Positions 26,762-28,507 of a stretch of 28,507 bases of DNA are shown here, one piece after another. This stretch comes from Candidatus Cloacimonadota bacterium (GTDB taxonomy: Bacteria > Cloacimonadota > Cloacimonadia > Cloacimonadales > WRIO01). The stretch spans positions 1 to 28,507 of the forward strand of contig JAKQQL010000191.1 of the NCBI GenBank assembly GCA_029564175.1. Reading direction: 5' to 3'. The notes below the pieces were generated by a model, which ran no database searches, had not been told where the DNA came from, and saw only the letters and a program-made list of their open reading frames with translations. How positions within the stretch are numbered: the first letter of the stretch is position 1; each line of letters opens with the position of its first letter. A program made the translations under genes and the position numbers.

Positions 26762-27715
26762 ATGGAAAATAATGTAAAGATCTATGTACAGGATTTTTAT
26801 CAATTTGTTAATCAGAAAATTGTCAGCTTTTTACTGGTTACACAGAAAGAATTAAGAGAAGGCAAAAAAGATTATTTTGTCAGAATTCAATTTATGGATA
26901 AAACAGGCCCTGTGGTAGGCAATATATGGAATAATGCCCTGAGTATGGTTGAGCTGTTCAATGAGGGTGATGTCTGTAAAATTGAAGCCATGGTGATTAG
27001 TTACAAGGATCAGATTCAACTCAATATCACCAAAATCCGAAAAGCAGAAGAAAATGAATTTGATTTGATGGACTATGTTCCCAAAACCAATAAAAATGTA
27101 GATTTGATGGCTGAACAAATATTTTCCTTTATTGACAGTGTGAAAGATCCACATTTATCGATGCTGCTAAAGTCAGTATTTGAAGATAAAGAGCTGTTTA
27201 CAAAATTTGCACAAAGTCCAGCAGCGAAATCCTGGCACCACAATTATGTGGGTGGTTTACTTGAACATACCTTGTCAGTGACAAAAATATGTGATTTCAG
27301 TGCAGAACAGTATTCACTGAACAGAGATCTTCTGATAACAGGCGCATTATTGCATGATTTTGGTAAAATATTTGAATATCATACCATGCCGTCCATCGAC
27401 TTTTCAGATGAAGGCCGGTTGATAGGTCATATCCCGATGTGTGATTATCTGATTTGTGAAAAAGCATTTAAAATTAATCATTTCCCGATCAATACCCTTA
27501 TGAAACTCAGACATTTAATATTATCTCATCATGGTGAATTAGAAAAAGGAGCCGTAAAAGTCCCTCAAACCATTGAAGCTGTTATCTTGCACCATGCCGA
27601 TAATCTGGATGCGCAGACGGTGGGAGTGGCTCAGCTGATAAGTGCATCAAACGATCCAAAAGCAAAATGGACTGAATATGATAAACTGAACAATCGTTAC
27701 ATTTATATAGGTTAA
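26762..27715 (+). CDS. yhaM: 3'-5' exoribonuclease YhaM/Cbf1 family (OB fold + HD domain)
   Basis: N-terminal OB fold (DKTG...IW), SPAAKSWHHNYVGGLLEHT, LLHDFGK, GRLIGHI, ILSHHGE, HHADNLDA. Confidence 0.9.
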   Translation: MENNVKIYVQDFYQFVNQKIVSFLLVTQKELREGKKDYFVRIQFMDKTGPVVGNIWNNALSMVELFNEGDVCKIEAMVISYKDQIQLNITKIRKAEENEFDLMDYVPKTNKNVDLMAEQIFSFIDSVKDPHLSMLLKSVFEDKELFTKFAQSPAAKSWHHNYVGGLLEHTLSVTKICDFSAEQYSLNRDLLITGALLHDFGKIFEYHTMPSIDFSDEGRLIGHIPMCDYLICEKAFKINHFPINTLMKLRHLILSHHGELEKGAVKVPQTIEAVILHHADNLDAQTVGVAQLISASNDPKAKWTEYDKLNNRYIYIG

Positions 27716-27716
27716 T

Positions 27717-28502
27717 ATGCTAAAAGTATCTGTTTTAACAAGTGGTAGTAAGGGAAATAGCGTTCTTGTATGCACAGACAAGACCAAAATTCTGATTGAC
27801 GCAGGTATAACCTATAAAAAAGCAAATGAATTAACACAGGATCTTCAAATAGATTTATCTGAACTTGATGGCATCATTATCAGTCATGAGCATAGCGATC
27901 ATGTGGGTGGAGCAGGTGTGTTATCCAGAAAAACAAAAGCGCCCATATTTATCAGTGCAGGAACATTAGACCGATCATTACATAAATTAGGGAAACTGCC
28001 TGTATCCCCATATTTATTTATGGTTGGGGAAAGTTTTCAAATTAAAAATCTGGTAATAAACCCTTTTACATCTTCTCATGATGCGATTGACAGCTGTAAT
28101 TTCCTGCTTTATAATGCCGAAAATGAAGAGAAAAAACTGGCAATCGCAACGGATTTAGGATATGCGCCTCAGATTTTAATCAATAAATTAAAACAGGCCA
28201 CAACCGTCATCCTCGAAAGTAATCATGATATGAAAATGCTGATGGAAGGTCCTTACGAATGGCATTTAAAGCAACGAATCAAAAGTAATGTGGGTCATTT
28301 ATCAAATGAACAGGCAGTCGGTGTCATTTCACAGATCATTTCAGAGAGATTAGAGAGGATAGTTCTGGCGCATTTAAGTGAGATAAATAATTGTCCAAAA
28401 ATTGCCTTTAATACCATGATTAACTTTTTAACAGAGATTCAGGCAGAAACCAAGTTATCTGTTGCTTCTCAATATCATGCGACCCCTTTATATGATGTAT
28501 AA
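27717..28502 (+). CDS. Metallo-beta-lactamase fold hydrolase, YycJ/WalJ-like
   Basis: SGSKGNS, LIDAG, SHEHSDH, SHDA, TDLG, LESNHD, GHLSN, LAHLS..NN. Confidence 0.9.
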   Translation: MLKVSVLTSGSKGNSVLVCTDKTKILIDAGITYKKANELTQDLQIDLSELDGIIISHEHSDHVGGAGVLSRKTKAPIFISAGTLDRSLHKLGKLPVSPYLFMVGESFQIKNLVINPFTSSHDAIDSCNFLLYNAENEEKKLAIATDLGYAPQILINKLKQATTVILESNHDMKMLMEGPYEWHLKQRIKSNVGHLSNEQAVGVISQIISERLERIVLAHLSEINNCPKIAFNTMINFLTEIQAETKLSVASQYHATPLYDV

Positions 28503-28507
28503 AAAAA

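Noticed and set aside
2324..27154. Short ORFs from the track overlapping real genes (e.g. 2324-2515, 3092-3358, 6767-6958, 7803-8003, 11647-11916, 14915-15154, 16085-16408, 18382-18762, 26852-27154)
   Set aside because: They are antisense or alternate-frame shadows of well-supported genes, with no recognisable motifs
1..28507. CRISPR array, tRNA/rRNA, IS element or integrase
   Set aside because: No regularly spaced repeats, cloverleaf or rRNA-like sequence, or transposase/recombinase motifs seen by eye

Overview
AT-rich bacterial chromosomal window in standard code 11 (TGA ends several intact genes). It is probably from an FCB-group organism, most likely Candidatus Cloacimonadota; this is inferred from the YNIKG-type T9SS/Por C-terminal domains and a Bacteroides-type serine palmitoyltransferase. 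The left half (minus strand) holds a glycan-modification operon (TPR-GT2 fusion, AsnB-like amidotransferase, GT4, SAM methyltransferase, partial GT4) behind a sigma54-like promoter and a JUMPstart-like leader. Also on the minus strand are a GT2-surE-pcm-cNMP-AI-2E-spt-GNAT-holB run, an orphan basic protein and a T9SS-cargo gene split by one in-frame TGA. The right half (plus strand) holds two wecB paralogs, hutH, a TPR lipoprotein, an EcfT-like membrane protein, truA, two small proteins, a second T9SS cargo, and PHP, YhaM and YycJ-like hydrolases. The most notable unannotated element lies between truA and the 75-aa ORF: a 22-codon hydrophobic peptide gene (22880-22948, minus) with a strong SD. 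It is fully overlapped by a candidate plus-strand promoter-to-terminator transcript, the architecture of a type I (Ibs/Sib-like) toxin-antitoxin locus. No rRNA, tRNA, CRISPR array or transposase was seen.
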